Program-made: the position numbers and the translations under genes
Assembly: GCA_008636045.1 (NCBI GenBank)
Contig: SNRW01000036.1
Coordinates: forward strand, 1 to 37,678
Direction: 5' to 3'
Source: Streblomastix strix
Taxonomy: Eukaryota
Length of the DNA stretch: 37,678 nt
The notes under the pieces: model-generated
Database searches by the model: none
What the model saw: only the letters and a program-made list of their open reading frames with translations
Told to the model about the DNA's origin: nothing
In this document: positions 36,858-37,678 of the stretch, piece by piece
Position numbering within the stretch: the stretch's first letter is position 1
Layout of the letters: the number at the start of each line of letters is the position of its first letter

Positions 36858-37678
36858 TCATTTTCCCTTCTCGCTCAAGTAAGTATCGTTGTATAACTAT
36901 TTATCTTCTTCCTCCATTTCAATTTCTTTTTCTTTTTTATGCTTTTTGTCATGTTTCTGATTATGCTTGTGATGATGCTTTGAACTATGATCCTTCCTCT
37001 TTGGTTATTCTTCACCTCCCCAACTGTTTGATTCAATTATATTATTATTTTCATCAGCTGTGTTATTGCTTTCTTTTGTTTCAGTTTTTGATCTTTTATT
37101 CTGTGATTTTTATGATAAATAATAAATTAAAATGAAAATTTGCAAAATATTTAATTAAATAATCAGAAATCATACTAAATAATATAACACTATTATTATG
37201 ATAATAACAACGAAAGCAGCAACTATTACAATTACAACTATAATTCCAACTAATGCTCCAGTAGATAATCCGCTTTTGTCAAACCATTAAACATCAACTA
37301 AATTATTTCCATCTCCAGTTACTTCTGCATCCTGATGAGATCCATCTTTTGTCTCCGTTTGAACCGACACACTCAATTTTACTCCTTTCTTTACAAGATC
37401 ATCTTCTTATATTGATGCAGAAAATGTCTCTTCATCATCCCATGTCTGTGCCACATCTTCAAGTGGATATTCTTTGCTTGTAATGTCATCATTCAATGCA
37501 GGTTATGACTTCAAAATGACCATAAGGAACAACTTCCCACATTTGAACAGTGATTTTCCTTTCAATTCAACATCAATTCCAGTTTTATCTTTATTTCCTT
37601 TGGCTGTGATGCTTTGTATCTCTGGTGTGAATAGAAGTGTCTTTTCATTATTCAGTGATCCACTAATTATGCAGTAGT
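36858..37678 (-). CDS. C-terminal part of a type I single-pass membrane/surface protein (5' end outside the window)
   Basis: Open frame ...LSTGALVGIIVVIVIVAAFVVIIIIIVLYL (transmembrane helix), an intron, then a charged cytoplasmic tail NKRSKTE...EKGK-TGA (36858-36860). Confidence 0.75.

Noticed and set aside
3156..37677. Most ORFs in the supplied track (e.g. poly-Ser 3906-4127, MKMK-rich 29870-30187, hydrophobic 29866-30096, 25666-26115, 36821-37135)
   Set aside because: They are antisense or off-frame shadows of low-complexity exons. The track uses the standard code and ignores introns.
1..37678. Transposon, viral or prokaryotic genes, rRNA or tRNA
   Set aside because: No transposase, reverse transcriptase or integrase motifs, terminal repeats, cloverleafs or rRNA signatures were recognised by eye.

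Overview
Very AT-rich, intron-rich eukaryotic genomic DNA. It reads correctly only with TAA/TAG = Gln (translation table 6), so the supplied standard-code ORF track is mostly fragments or antisense shadows. The code, the degenerate GTATGA/GTTTGA-type donors and the ARM-like and SPRY-like families suggest an oxymonad such as Streblomastix (inference). Manual translation and splicing gives nine complete genes and one or two edge-truncated ones: an ARM-like protein, a TBC1D31-like RabGAP, two paralogous EEF1AKMT4/METTL13-N-like methyltransferases, an ARM/coiled-coil/SPRY-like protein, a PWI-like/RRM/ARM-like protein, PHO88/SND3, a giant EF-hand/WD40 protein, a divergent importin alpha and a single-pass surface protein. 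Every gene whose end is visible stops at TGA. The most striking observation is five internal in-frame TGA codons in three otherwise frame-intact genes (1386, 1977, 2115, 12559, 25482). This may indicate that the last remaining stop codon is also read as sense in a context-dependent way, with contexts favouring Arg or possibly Trp. Pseudogenisation, CGA->TGA mutation or assembly error, and cryptic introns are not excluded. Codon and intron counts are hand estimates.
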